Shown here piece by piece: positions 19,288-29,742 of a DNA stretch of 49,251 bases. Source of the stretch: Cyanobacteria bacterium J06626_4. Lineage in GTDB: Bacteria > Cyanobacteriota > Cyanobacteriia > Phormidesmidales > Phormidesmidaceae. Location: NCBI GenBank assembly GCA_038523235.1, contig JBCBJQ010000038.1:1-49251 (forward strand), read 5' to 3'. The stretch's first letter is position 1; every line of letters starts with the position of its first letter. Both the position numbers and the translations under genes were made by a program. The notes beneath the pieces were generated by a model. It made no database searches. It saw nothing but the letters and a program-made list of their open reading frames with translations, and was not told where the DNA came from.

Positions 19288-21858
19288 TCACTCCGACTGA
19301 GGAATTACGCTGACAGCGGCTTCGAGTAGCGCGTCACGGTAGGGCTGCAGCTGATTATCGAGTGCTGGGGCAAACTGCGGCGAGGGTAAGATTGAGGCAA
19401 AAAATCGAGCGATCGCTAAATTTTCCCACCGAAAATAAAAATCTTCGGGATTGGGGCCATCGTCATGGCGCAGCAGCACGCCAAAACCTAGACGTTCGCT
19501 TCGCAGTCGGGTAAAAGGCACGGTTTCCTTAAGCCACTGGTCAAACGTTGCGGCCTCGTTCATGCTGTCGAGCAGAGCGGTAATTTGATCCGCCGGGGGC
19601 GCGGGTGAGGCCAACTGGGGGAGCCCCTCAACATAGGCTAGCCAAGCAGTTTCTAACCACTGGCGGCGATTAGCCCGATCTTGCCAAGCCTGCAGCGCAA
19701 ACTTATCGGGACCGTCAGGTAATTCATCCATTTGGCTGGGGCGATCTTGAGCAATCGCCAACAGGGCCAGACTCACCGCATTGTTTGACTGCTCCCAATC
19801 CGCCAAGGCTCCCACATAGTCGTTGTCCCACCAGCGCCCGGCGCCCCGAATCTGATATAGAAATCCGGCGATCGCCTCGGGCTCAGGCGCGGCCAATAAC
19901 TCACGGGTCAAATCCTCAAGGCGCGCCAACACCGCCGGTTTTAACTCAGTCAGCACCCCACCATTCAGCGGCAGGTTGGTCAATAGGGTCGGATTGCGCA
20001 GAATTTCTAAGGCGATCGCCTCAACGGCCAAATCCGTTTCACCGGCCAGATAGAGGCTATAGCCCAGACCATAGAACACGCCTTGCTTTGCAGGCAGTAG
20101 CTCAGCTGACTGGGCAAACTGAGCGATCGCCGCCGTCGGGGTTTCAGGCAGCAACAGCCAGCCTAAGTTAGAATGACCAAATTCTTGAAACGGGGAAATC
20201 TCATTGCCTTGCTCAAAGCTCGCGATCGCATCCCGCCGCAGCTGACTAACGATGTCAGGATCTTCGACCTGATAGCTCACATCCCCCAGCACCCAGCCCA
20301 ACATAAACGGATAGTAAGGCTCCCCTGGGGCGAGCTGATGCGCCTGTTGCAAATCAGCGACAAACCCCGGCAGGTAAGCTTTTTGTAAGGCTCCAAAACC
20401 GCGCGCTGAGATCGCCCACGCCCGATGCAGGGGAATCAGCCAGAGCACCAGGGCCAGCACGAGGCCCAGCCCCACTAACACCAGCGATCGCCGCCGGCGT
20501 GGCGCGTCGGGGCGAAACATGCTCTCTGGCGACACGGGCCGCAGGTCAAATAACAGGACAGCGGTGAAAATAATCAGCACGCCCGCGATCGCTACCACAT
20601 CGAGCTGATAATCCGTCAGGCTCAAAACGCCGTAGGCCCAGAGCCCGGCGATTAAGCTCCACCGCAAACTGCGGGGCAGGCGCGACTCATCTGGAGCTGC
20701 GGAGCGCATTTGCCACAGCGCCCAGCCCAACAGTACCGCTCCCGCGATCGGTAGCAGGATGCCCCACAGGCCCAGTTCGCCCCACAATTGAGCGGGCGTG
20801 CTGTGCAGCTGATAATGCAACTCAGCCTCGCGACCGGCCCAGCCCGGTCGATGGTGCTGATAAAACGGCAGCACGCTCCCCGGCCCCAAGCCCGCCCAGG
20901 GTCGCTGCCACCCCATCGACCAGCCAATCAGGTTGTTGACTAGGCGATAGGCTAGCTGGCCACTATTCACATCACCGCGACTGAGGGCGACTAGCGATAG
21001 GCGCACCCGCGGGTTGGTGAAAACGAAGAGGCCAACCAGAGCGATGCCCCCCAAACTAATGGGGACAACCCAGCGCGGGGCTGCCCGCTGCGTTAGCAGC
21101 AGCCCCGCGATCGCGGGCACCACTAACGCCAACAGGGCCAGCGTCGCCCCGCGCGAATTGGTGGTGTACAAATCGACTAGGCCCACGACCAGACCCCCAC
21201 CCCACAGCCAGCGCTGCCAAGTCTGGTCGGTAAACGCCAGACCCGCTAACAACGGCAGCACTAGCAGCAAGTAACCGGCAACATAGTTTTGATGTCCTAG
21301 CGGAAACCAGTTTCGTAGGCCCAGGGTGTTGAGGTCGAACGTTTGCTGCAAGCCATAGGCTTCTAACGCGGCTAGTCGCTGCAGTTCGGGGCGATAGATG
21401 TTGAGCAGCCACCAGCCTAAACTCACCGCGACAAACACCAGTGACAAATAGGCCTGACCCTTCAGTAGCCAGCTCATTCGCACCAGGGTCAACCAACCCA
21501 TCAGCCCGTACAAGGTTGCCCCACCGGCCAAACTCGCGATCGCATACCACAGAGCCTGCTGCGAAAAGTCGGCGGCCAGGGTCGATACCGCCAGCCCCAC
21601 GATCGCCCCAGCCATTAGCCAGTCCACCCCCCACCCCAGACGAAACCGGGCCAGCGGCTTGTGCCAGAGCTGCCACAGCAGCCACAGCAGCGGCAAAATC
21701 ATCGCGCCTTGCCATAGCGCCACCCAAGGCCACAGGGCCACTTGATTAGTACTATTCAGGGTCAACAGACCGTATAGCCCTGCAATCACCAGCGCCAGCA
21801 AGTTACCGTCGGCATCACTTGCCCGAACGGCCAGTTTTGGAGAAACAGAATCGGACAT
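19288..21858 (-). CDS. O-antigen ligase-family membrane protein with C-terminal TPR-like region
   Basis: More than 10 TM segments; PLGHQNY, TNSRG, GLGPG, HSTPAQLWGELG; TPR-like helices; ATG 21858 preferred over GTG 21936. Confidence 0.82.
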   Translation of the reverse strand: MSDSVSPKLAVRASDADGNLLALVIAGLYGLLTLNSTNQVALWPWVALWQGAMILPLLWLLWQLWHKPLARFRLGWGVDWLMAGAIVGLAVSTLAADFSQQALWYAIASLAGGATLYGLMGWLTLVRMSWLLKGQAYLSLVFVAVSLGWWLLNIYRPELQRLAALEAYGLQQTFDLNTLGLRNWFPLGHQNYVAGYLLLVLPLLAGLAFTDQTWQRWLWGGGLVVGLVDLYTTNSRGATLALLALVVPAIAGLLLTQRAAPRWVVPISLGGIALVGLFVFTNPRVRLSLVALSRGDVNSGQLAYRLVNNLIGWSMGWQRPWAGLGPGSVLPFYQHHRPGWAGREAELHYQLHSTPAQLWGELGLWGILLPIAGAVLLGWALWQMRSAAPDESRLPRSLRWSLIAGLWAYGVLSLTDYQLDVVAIAGVLIIFTAVLLFDLRPVSPESMFRPDAPRRRRSLVLVGLGLVLALVLWLIPLHRAWAISARGFGALQKAYLPGFVADLQQAHQLAPGEPYYPFMLGWVLGDVSYQVEDPDIVSQLRRDAIASFEQGNEISPFQEFGHSNLGWLLLPETPTAAIAQFAQSAELLPAKQGVFYGLGYSLYLAGETDLAVEAIALEILRNPTLLTNLPLNGGVLTELKPAVLARLEDLTRELLAAPEPEAIAGFLYQIRGAGRWWDNDYVGALADWEQSNNAVSLALLAIAQDRPSQMDELPDGPDKFALQAWQDRANRRQWLETAWLAYVEGLPQLASPAPPADQITALLDSMNEAATFDQWLKETVPFTRLRSERLGFGVLLRHDDGPNPEDFYFRWENLAIARFFASILPSPQFAPALDNQLQPYRDALLEAAVSVIPQSE

Positions 21859-22340
21859 ATCAGCGCCCCTGAAGATAACCGGTTGTCTACCTGCGCCGCG
21901 TTCAGCCGCCAGTGAATTGCGACAGGTCGTTGTCACCAGTTATAGCGATTACTGCCCAGTTTGTAGCGATCACCCCGCCAGCAAGCTTTTGACTTATGCC
22001 CAGCGATCCTTGAAGTCAGTCACCCCGATTGCTGACAGGGGTATCGGTTCAGCCGAGCGCGATCAAGCCTATTGACTATCGCCGAATTTTCCCAATCCCT
22101 AGGGTGGGTGCGAGGTCCATGGTGATCGTTGCCGAGGGTACTCAGTGAGTCATGCCTAAGCTCATTGATGTGGTCAGCGATCGGTGTCGTCATACGCAAT
22201 AAGTTTGAGCTACAGCGACGTTGGCACCAGCGCTCAAGCCGTGGTTTTATAACAGTTCTACAAATTACAGCGACACAGACAAGTCGGCTTTCTCTCAGTA
22301 GGAAACACTGCGTGTTGGCCTGGCCTGCCCGTCGGGCTGA

Positions 22341-22376
22341 CGACTCCGCTCAGCCGACGTTCCTTGAGCGGAGTCG
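22341..22376. repeat. REP-like palindrome CGACTCCGCTCA-N12-TGAGCGGAGTCG
   Basis: Perfect 12-bp inverted repeat just 3' of the 22414 stop codon. Confidence 0.7.
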
Positions 22377-22413
22377 AAAGGAAGATCTGTAGTCCAGCTT
22401 GAGAGAACTGGTA

Positions 22414-24729
22414 TTAGCCCAGAGCGCGCCCTTCGCCATAGCCCACCGTGAAAAAGTGCTGTACGCCGTTGGCCAAGCTGCCGTTTTGGACTGCCGCCGC
22501 GACATCGGGGTTAGCGGCTAGATAAGCCCCTTCATCAAAGCGATCGCTGGGGTCGCGGCCCTCTGCCATGCCAAAGAGCTGAAAATGCTGCCAGCCCGAC
22601 TCCAAATCGCCGCTGTCTACTGCTGCTGCGACATCGGGGTTAGTGGCGAGGTAGTCATATTCCTGATAGAGCGATAGCGAGAGTCGCCCTTCCATCGCAC
22701 CATGCCGAAGCCAATGCTCAAAGCCACTGGTAAAGTAGCCTTCCTCGATTGCCTTAGCGACATCAGGGTTGTTCAGCAGATAGTCGTCGGTGTCAAACAA
22801 CGAGCTCGGGTCACGGCTTTCTTTGTGGCCGATGAGCACAAAGTGCTCGACGCCGCTGCTAAAAAATCCCCCCGCCACAGCATCTTGAACATCAATATTG
22901 TTGGCCAGATAGTCGGCTTCGCTGTAATAAGCAATGGGATTGCGCCCTTCTTTCAGGCCGATAGCGACGAAGTGGTCATAGCCCGTGGCAAAGTCTCCAG
23001 CGGCCACGGCTTGAGCGACATCTTGATACTGCGAGAGATAATATCGCTCATCAAAAAAGCTGCCTAGCGGAATGTTGCTCATCGTCGTTGTCAGATCAGT
23101 CTGAGGTGTTGCTCCGGTCAACGGCGCAGCAAACTGCAAGCTCAAGCTCCCATTACTGATGCCAGCTGGGGTAGGCAACGACTGTGGTTTATACGTCCAT
23201 AGCTCTGTCCCATTGGTGCCATCATTGGCCCGAAAGTAGAGCTGGCCGTTAAAGCCCTGCAAGTTGGTGGGATCAGCATTGCCGCTGGTGAGATTGGGAT
23301 CGGTGCCGGGATTGAGATCGGTGACCCGTTGCGGCGCGTTGGTGCCGTCATAGCGCCACAGTTCTGTGCCCGTGCTGCCATCATCGGCGCTGAAATAGAG
23401 CTGATTATCGAAAACCGCCAGGTTGGTGGGATCAGCATCGCCGCTGCCGGGGTTGAGATCGGCAACCTGTTGCGGCGCGTTGGTGCCGTCATAGCGCCAC
23501 AATTCTTCGCCACTGCTGCCATTATCGGCGTTGAAATAGAGCTGGCCGTTAAAAACCGTGAGGCCGCTAGGACGCCCACTGCCGCTGCCACCATTGATGT
23601 CAGCCGCCAGTTGCGGTGGATTGGTGCCGTCATAGCGCCACAATTCTTCGCCACTGCTGCCGTCATTAGCGCGAAAATAGAGCTGACCGTTAAAGACCGT
23701 AAGGTCATCAGGCAAGGCACCACCATTGCCACTATTGATGTCAGCGGCGAGTGTCGGTGGGTTGGTGCCGTCATAGCGCCACAGCTCCAAGCCGCTGTTG
23801 CCATCATTGGCTCGAAAATAGAGCTGACCGTTAAAGACCGTGAGATTATCGGGAAAGGCATCGCCAATGCCACCATTGATGTCAGCAACTTGCTGAGGCG
23901 CATTGGTGCCGTCATAGCGCCACAGTTCTTTGCCGCTGCCGGTGCCGTCATCAGCGCGAAAATAAAGCTGACCGTTAAAGATGGTGAAATCGTCAGGCGA
24001 GGAGCCGCGACTACCCGGTTGGATGTCAGCAGCGAGTGTCGGTGGGTTGGTGCCGTCATAGCGCCAGAGCTCAAAGCCACTGCTGCCATCATTAGCGCGA
24101 AAATAGAGCTGACCATTAAAAACAATGAAATCGCCAGGTAGGGTTAGCCCACTGCCACCGGGGTTGATGTCGGCGACGAGGTTGGCCGTCCCTAGTTCAC
24201 CGGGGTAGTGGCTCTGAGTGGCCAAGGTAAAGATTTGGCTTGCGGCGGCTAGCCACTGCCCGCGCCCCTGACGGTGAGAACTGGCAGTGACGGTTGCTTG
24301 GGTCAGAGTTTGGAGCTGCTCGACAAAAGCTGCTCCGGCAGTCCCTGCTGCGACATGACAGCTCAGGAGCGTCAGCATGGCCGGCTGGTCGGGGGCAAAC
24401 CAGCGCTGCAATGAGGCTTGATAGCGGGTTAATGTGTTGAGGTTTAAGAGCGTGTTGCCCAGTTGCACCGCACCCGGCACGCCATGAGCCACTAACATCA
24501 GCGCCGTTGTCGGATGCTGATGCAGCAAACTCGTAATTTGGGTGATACCGTCTCGATTTGGGTCGAGGATGTGAGCGGTGACACCGGGTTGCAGTCCTGC
24601 TAGCAGGAACGAGAGATGATCGACCCTGGCATCAAAAATCACCTGGATATTCGAGGGGATCTTTTTGGGTTGGGGGACGAAGTCAGACTGCGAGTCAGAC
24701 CTCTCGCAGATGGCAGCTACAGGCGACAT
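22414..24729 (-). CDS. DUF4347 + ELWxxDGT-repeat surface protein with C-terminal YLxxNPDV repeats
   Basis: DUF4347-like N-terminus (DGITQI, HGVPG, SCHVAAG); 7 ELW(RYDGT) repeats; 5 C-terminal YLxxNPDV..HF..G..EGR repeats. Confidence 0.9.
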   Translation of the reverse strand: MSPVAAICERSDSQSDFVPQPKKIPSNIQVIFDARVDHLSFLLAGLQPGVTAHILDPNRDGITQITSLLHQHPTTALMLVAHGVPGAVQLGNTLLNLNTLTRYQASLQRWFAPDQPAMLTLLSCHVAAGTAGAAFVEQLQTLTQATVTASSHRQGRGQWLAAASQIFTLATQSHYPGELGTANLVADINPGGSGLTLPGDFIVFNGQLYFRANDGSSGFELWRYDGTNPPTLAADIQPGSRGSSPDDFTIFNGQLYFRADDGTGSGKELWRYDGTNAPQQVADINGGIGDAFPDNLTVFNGQLYFRANDGNSGLELWRYDGTNPPTLAADINSGNGGALPDDLTVFNGQLYFRANDGSSGEELWRYDGTNPPQLAADINGGSGSGRPSGLTVFNGQLYFNADNGSSGEELWRYDGTNAPQQVADLNPGSGDADPTNLAVFDNQLYFSADDGSTGTELWRYDGTNAPQRVTDLNPGTDPNLTSGNADPTNLQGFNGQLYFRANDGTNGTELWTYKPQSLPTPAGISNGSLSLQFAAPLTGATPQTDLTTTMSNIPLGSFFDERYYLSQYQDVAQAVAAGDFATGYDHFVAIGLKEGRNPIAYYSEADYLANNIDVQDAVAGGFFSSGVEHFVLIGHKESRDPSSLFDTDDYLLNNPDVAKAIEEGYFTSGFEHWLRHGAMEGRLSLSLYQEYDYLATNPDVAAAVDSGDLESGWQHFQLFGMAEGRDPSDRFDEGAYLAANPDVAAAVQNGSLANGVQHFFTVGYGEGRALG
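23196..24190 (-). repeat. Intragenic ~144-bp repeat array encoding the ELWxxDGT units
   Basis: Recurring ttggtgccgtcatagcgcca and aaatagagctg blocks. Confidence 0.88.
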
Positions 24730-24856
24730 CCGTCTTATTCCTCGAACGAAACAGTAGTGAGCGGTTGTCTGCGATCATAATTTCGGCTCAATAGCGGGGT
24801 CTCTACGTAATCGCCATCTTCAATGAAGCTTTATACATAATTCTGGGTATCCTTCC

Positions 24857-24872
24857 GTAACTTTACGGTTAC
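24857..24872. promoter_or_regulatory. Palindrome GTAAC-N6-GTTAC upstream of the ELWxxDGT gene
   Basis: Short dyad in AT-rich promoter DNA; regulator unknown. Confidence 0.22.
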
Positions 24873-25016
24873 AACAAAAACGTGGTGAAGATTCTCCGTG
24901 AAAGTGAGGACAGTGGTCACTACCGGATTTCATCTGAACTCCATCTTTTGCCTGCCAGTTCTGAACTCCAGATGAAGCGCGATCGCCCTGACTACCGCCG
25001 CATTGGCAAACCACAC

Positions 25017-25064
25017 AAAAGCCCTGCGATCCTTGAGTGCAGTCAAGAGGATCGCAGGGCTTTT
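25017..25064 (-). terminator. Intrinsic terminator after htpG
   Basis: aaaagccctgcgatcct...aggatcgcagggctttt stem with A/T tails. Confidence 0.8.
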
Positions 25065-25123
25065 TAGAGATTGGCGGCAGTTGGTTCAACGGCCCAGGGG
25101 GAGTCGTATTTGCCCCCTGCCGA

Positions 25124-27109
25124 CTAGCTTTCGGTCAGTTGGGTCAGCAGCTTGCTCGATCGCTCCACAAACGACTTCATCCCATCGGCATCAAAGCCCT
25201 TTTGGGCCATCAGCGCCAAATCATAGACATGCTGACAGATCAGGGTCGCCATGCTGCCTGCCGGTGAACTGGAACCGTCGGGCTGCACGATCGCACTCTG
25301 GCCCAGCTGCGTCAAGTTTTTGATCAGCGGATGAGCCGTATTCACCAGTAGCACATGCTCCTCAGGGAACTCGGCATTGGTTTGCTGCATCATCGCCATC
25401 ATTTCCTGCATGCGGCGAGCTTGCTCAGGCAGCAACACCATGGCGGGCGGCGTATCGGGGTTGTCCGTCTTCAGTGCCTCTGTCCGCACGGTCACCTTGG
25501 GCCGATTCAACGCCGTTTCAAAAAGACCCTTGATTTCCTCATCGCGGGTTTTGTTCGTGGTGGGATCAATGATTTCGCTTTCCTGCTCCTTATCTAACAG
25601 GGCGTCGTCAAGGTCGGCATCGACCCGCGCGAAGGTCACATCGGTATACTGCTGCTCTAAGAAGCTGACGAAGTGGGTGTCGATAAAGGCATCTAAGAAC
25701 AAGACCTCTAAGCCCTGCGACTGGTGCAGCGCAATATAGGTGGCCTGAGAAGCTTCATCAGTAGCATAAAAGACGCGGTTTTCGTGCCGCGCTTTGTTGC
25801 GCTCCAGATAATCCTTCAGGTTGGTGTAGTAGTTGCCGTTGGCATCAGTGGGCACGGTCGAGTCATCCACTTCTGACCAGGCATCACCCTCGTCGGTTTG
25901 CACTTCGACCTTTGCCGTGGCCTCATCAGCGGCTTCACCCAACTGGGCGGTGCTGCGGAAGATAATGACGTCTTCGACCTGTTGCTTAAACTTGTCATCG
26001 TTCATGGAGCCGAACTTGACGAAGGTGCCCAGGTCTTGCCAGGAGGCAATGTACTTGGCGAGATCGGTGCGGTACAGCCCTTTTAAGTTGTCGCCAACTT
26101 TGCGCGCAATGTAGTCAGAGATTTTGCGCACGGTGCGATCGTTCTGCAAAAAGCTGCGTGACACGTTGAGCGGAATGTCAGGGCTATCGATGACGCCCCG
26201 CAGCGGCATCAGGAAGCGAGGAATAATTTCTTCGCAATTGTCGCTGACATAAACCTGATTGCAAAAGAGCTTGATGCTGCTCTTGGTGACGTCGATGTCG
26301 GGCTTCAGCTTAGGAAAATACAGAATGCCGTTGACGGCAAAGGGGTAGTCAGTATTCAGATGCACCCACAGCAGCGGCTCTTCTTGGAAGGGATAGAGGT
26401 AGCGATAAAACTCAAGATAGTCTTCATCGCTGAGGCTGTTGAGCGACTGCTTCCAAGGCGCTTCGTGCTTGTTGATGACTTCGTCGTCCATTTTGATCGG
26501 GACGGGGAGAAAGTCACAATAGGTTTTCACCAGCTGCTGAATGCGGGCTGTTTCCAGATACGACTCTTCGTCGTCGAGCAGGTGCAGGGTGATGGTGGTG
26601 CCCACCGTGTCACGCTCGGAGGGCGATAGCTCAAACTCAGTGGAGCCATCACAGCGCCAGTGAACAGCTTCGGCCCCCGCTTGGTAAGACAGCGTATCGA
26701 TTTCGACCTGGCTAGACACCATAAATGATGAATAGAAGCCCAAGCCGAAGTGGCCAATGATGTTGGCGTCGCCACTCTCTTTGAACTTGCTGACAAATTC
26801 TTCGGCGCTGGAGAAGGCGACCTGGTTGATGTATTTTTTGACCTCATCGGCGGTCATGCCTAAACCCGTGTCAGAGATGCTGAGGGTTTTGGCTTCTTTA
26901 TCGATCGCAATACTAATGACAGGTTCGCTAACGTCGCCGTCATACTGCCCCGATCGCGCTAGCAATGAGAGCTTTTGAATGGCATCAACCCCGTTAGAGA
27001 CCAATTCCCGCAGGAAAATCTCATGATCTGAGTAGAGCCATTTTTTAATGATGGGAAAAATGTTCTCAGTATGGATACTGATGTTGCCCTTTTCCAGAAT
27101 TGTCGCCAT
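25124..27109 (-). CDS. htpG: Chaperone HtpG (Hsp90)
   Basis: EIFLRELVSN, DTGLGMT, IIGHFGLGFYS, PLNVSRS. Confidence 0.98.
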   Translation of the reverse strand: MATILEKGNISIHTENIFPIIKKWLYSDHEIFLRELVSNGVDAIQKLSLLARSGQYDGDVSEPVISIAIDKEAKTLSISDTGLGMTADEVKKYINQVAFSSAEEFVSKFKESGDANIIGHFGLGFYSSFMVSSQVEIDTLSYQAGAEAVHWRCDGSTEFELSPSERDTVGTTITLHLLDDEESYLETARIQQLVKTYCDFLPVPIKMDDEVINKHEAPWKQSLNSLSDEDYLEFYRYLYPFQEEPLLWVHLNTDYPFAVNGILYFPKLKPDIDVTKSSIKLFCNQVYVSDNCEEIIPRFLMPLRGVIDSPDIPLNVSRSFLQNDRTVRKISDYIARKVGDNLKGLYRTDLAKYIASWQDLGTFVKFGSMNDDKFKQQVEDVIIFRSTAQLGEAADEATAKVEVQTDEGDAWSEVDDSTVPTDANGNYYTNLKDYLERNKARHENRVFYATDEASQATYIALHQSQGLEVLFLDAFIDTHFVSFLEQQYTDVTFARVDADLDDALLDKEQESEIIDPTTNKTRDEEIKGLFETALNRPKVTVRTEALKTDNPDTPPAMVLLPEQARRMQEMMAMMQQTNAEFPEEHVLLVNTAHPLIKNLTQLGQSAIVQPDGSSSPAGSMATLICQHVYDLALMAQKGFDADGMKSFVERSSKLLTQLTES

Positions 27110-27369
27110 AGTGCCGGTGACCCACGTTTTTCTAGACAGCGTAAACGGCTTGATCTTCGTCGGCGATCGCCCCTTCCATCAAGGGCAATATTGCTCCCGC
27201 CTAGTACGGTTTCCCCTACATTGGACGATAAGCCGGGCAACGCTAACACTCTCAGAGCGTTCAGAGCATGGCTCTTGAGGGGCGAGGACAGCGTCTACGT
27301 TGAAGGGGTCTTATGCTCGATCTAGCTGACGAGACGCGATCGCACTATTCCACACCGTTACTTATTCGC

Positions 27370-28443
27370 ATGTTCTACAGCCAAGCCTGGTTCTTAAAGC
27401 TATTCGCACTCTCCCTGTTCCTTCCTGCCGCCGCACTCCCACTAGAGGCTGTAGCTGATATTGGTGATGCGGGGCTAGAACTCACTCTCCCAGCGGAAGT
27501 GGATCGGATTATCGAAACGCGAACATGCGAGTCTTGCACGATCGTTGTCGCCGATTTGTCTGAAGCCGATTTGTCAGCTGCTCTATTCAAGGGCTCTCGA
27601 TTTGTCGAAGCCCGTTTCGTGGATACAACGTTGGTAGAGGCAGACCTGAGCGATACCTGGATTGAATCTGCAGCTATGTTTGGCGCAGATTTGAAGCAAG
27701 CTAATCTGCACAACGCTCATCTAGACAGGGTCTGGCTAAACAATGCGGATTTGACAGATACCAATCTAAGTAGTGCAAGGATTAACGGCTATTTCAACAA
27801 TGCCAATCTGTCAGGAGCTGACTTGACGAATACTCAAATCAGATCTGCGGATTTCACCGGAGCAGATCTGACGAACACTGATTTTACAGCTGCGAACGTA
27901 GCGTTTGTGTACTTCGTAGATACCGATTTGAGGAACACTGACCTCCACCAAGCCACTTTTGAGACAATCATTTACGACACCCGCACCCAGTTTCCAGAAG
28001 GCTTTTCGCTGCCAGAATCAGGGACGTACTTGTTTGCCCCCCATTCCTCGGTCGCCGGTGTTGGTGCTTCCGGCTTAGATCTGGCAGAGCAAGATCTAAC
28101 AGGATTGGATATCAGGACTTCTCAAGTTAAAGCTGACTTCTCAAGAGCCATTCTGAATGAAGCTAATTTCGAAAACACAAATGCTTATCGCTCCAACTTA
28201 ACAGGAGCAAGTCTGGTTGATGCTCGCTTTTGCAATGCCCAATTGGTGAGAATCAATTTAACTGATGCAAACCTTCAAGGGGCTGACATCAGAGGAGCCG
28301 ATTTAACTCGCGCTATTGTCGATGGCACAAATTTTCAAGGCGCAATCTACAACGCGGATACGCAGTTTCCAGAGGGCTTTGATCCAACAGCAGCAGGAGC
28401 CGTCTTAGATGAAGTTTCCGCCGACTGTCCACCTCTAGAGTGA
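27370..28443 (+). CDS. Exported pentapeptide-repeat protein
   Basis: Signal-like N-terminus, CESC, many A(D/N)Lxx repeats, two TQFPEGF caps; start could be 27313. Confidence 0.88.
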   Translation: MFYSQAWFLKLFALSLFLPAAALPLEAVADIGDAGLELTLPAEVDRIIETRTCESCTIVVADLSEADLSAALFKGSRFVEARFVDTTLVEADLSDTWIESAAMFGADLKQANLHNAHLDRVWLNNADLTDTNLSSARINGYFNNANLSGADLTNTQIRSADFTGADLTNTDFTAANVAFVYFVDTDLRNTDLHQATFETIIYDTRTQFPEGFSLPESGTYLFAPHSSVAGVGASGLDLAEQDLTGLDIRTSQVKADFSRAILNEANFENTNAYRSNLTGASLVDARFCNAQLVRINLTDANLQGADIRGADLTRAIVDGTNFQGAIYNADTQFPEGFDPTAAGAVLDEVSADCPPLE

Positions 28444-28695
28444 TGTTCTGGCGGCAGTAGAGTGTTTCTTCCTTCTGCAAAGGGAGTCCGCTCAGTGAGT
28501 CCCTGCTTCTCAAAGTCTTAAGAGTCATCAAAACCCGTGTACTTCGGGAAAGCAACGGGCAAAATCTGAAGGTACCTCTGGGGGCAGGCTCGCGGCCACG
28601 TTGCTGCCAGCCTTCATCGCTTGACCGATGAGGCTCGATCAACGCTTGACTACTTGAGTCAGCGCTGCCCCAACTTTGTCTTTAAGGAACTGGGC

Positions 28696-28959
28696 ATGAC
28701 CAACCTCGACTCAAACAACAACGATAAGAAGATCATTGCGGGTGTTTTAGGTATTTTGCTAGGAGCACTGGGGATTCACAAGTTTGTACTGGGCTACACC
28801 ACCGAAGGGATAATCATGCTGGTGGTCAGCATTGCGACCTGTGGCATCGGTGGCGCGGTCATGGGCATCATCGGCTTGGTTGAGGGCATTATTTACCTCA
28901 CTAAAACCGATGAGGAATTTCAGGTGACCTATGTTGATGACAAACGCGGCTGGTTTTAG
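28696..28959 (+). CDS. TM2 domain protein
   Basis: KIIAGVLGILLGALGIHKFVLG...EGIIYLTK; AAGGA RBS before ATG 28696. Confidence 0.88.
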   Translation: MTNLDSNNNDKKIIAGVLGILLGALGIHKFVLGYTTEGIIMLVVSIATCGIGGAVMGIIGLVEGIIYLTKTDEEFQVTYVDDKRGWF

Positions 28960-29005
28960 GCACGGGTGCTACGAGGTTCTGGTAATTAACGAATGACGTG
29001 CCCTA

Positions 29006-29572
29006 ATGATCAAATCTCGCCCCTCGCGCCCTCTGCTCTGGCCTAACTCATCGGCTGCGACGCTGGTTAATCCCTGGCGATCGCAGGCTTTGAGAACCGC
29101 TCCTCGCTTGCGATCGCCGCTTTGGCGATGGGGTGCGATCGCGGCAACGGGCACACCCTTGCTGGTGGCTATTGGCATCAGCCAAGGCGGGTTATCGTTA
29201 CCGCTGCCACCCTGTTTGTTTCGAGCCCTGTTGGGATTTCCCGCGCCCAGTTGTGGATTGACGCGAGCGTTTTTGGCACTGGCGCGGGGCGACTGGGCAC
29301 TGGCGCTGTCATACCACCTATTTGCGCCGTTGCTGATGGTCCTGCTGGGGGCGATCGTCGTCATCTCTGCGGGTGAACTGACCACGCGCCGCTCATGGCT
29401 GGCGCTGTATCGACGCTGGCTGCCGCTCAACACCACGCTGTCACTGATTGCGCTGTTTTTGGGATATTACGCCCTGCGGCTGTGGGCGCGATATACGCTG
29501 CCGTCGCTGCCCTGGGGACTCGAAGAGACGGCAATTTGGCAGCATTTTCTGACTGGGGCGCTGGCGCTTTGA
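29006..29572 (+). CDS. DUF2752-family membrane protein
   Basis: CLFRALLGFPAPSCGLTRA motif plus TM helices; start uncertain. Confidence 0.8.
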   Translation: MIKSRPSRPLLWPNSSAATLVNPWRSQALRTAPRLRSPLWRWGAIAATGTPLLVAIGISQGGLSLPLPPCLFRALLGFPAPSCGLTRAFLALARGDWALALSYHLFAPLLMVLLGAIVVISAGELTTRRSWLALYRRWLPLNTTLSLIALFLGYYALRLWARYTLPSLPWGLEETAIWQHFLTGALAL

Positions 29573-29742
29573 GTCATCGGTAAGAAGAGGACAAGATCGA
29601 GCGAAGATTTGGCTGTTTATCTGACTAATACAATCGGCTTGCTCACGGCGAGCGAGCCGCAGACACCGCTCATCAGTTCGCGCAAAATTCCCCCGCTTCC
29701 TTCGTGGTGTTGTGGGGTGATGCATCCGTAGCGTCGCAATGA

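Noticed and set aside
23142..24141. Long alternative-frame and antisense ORFs (327 and 270 aa)
   Set aside because: Shadows of the ELWxxDGT repeat array
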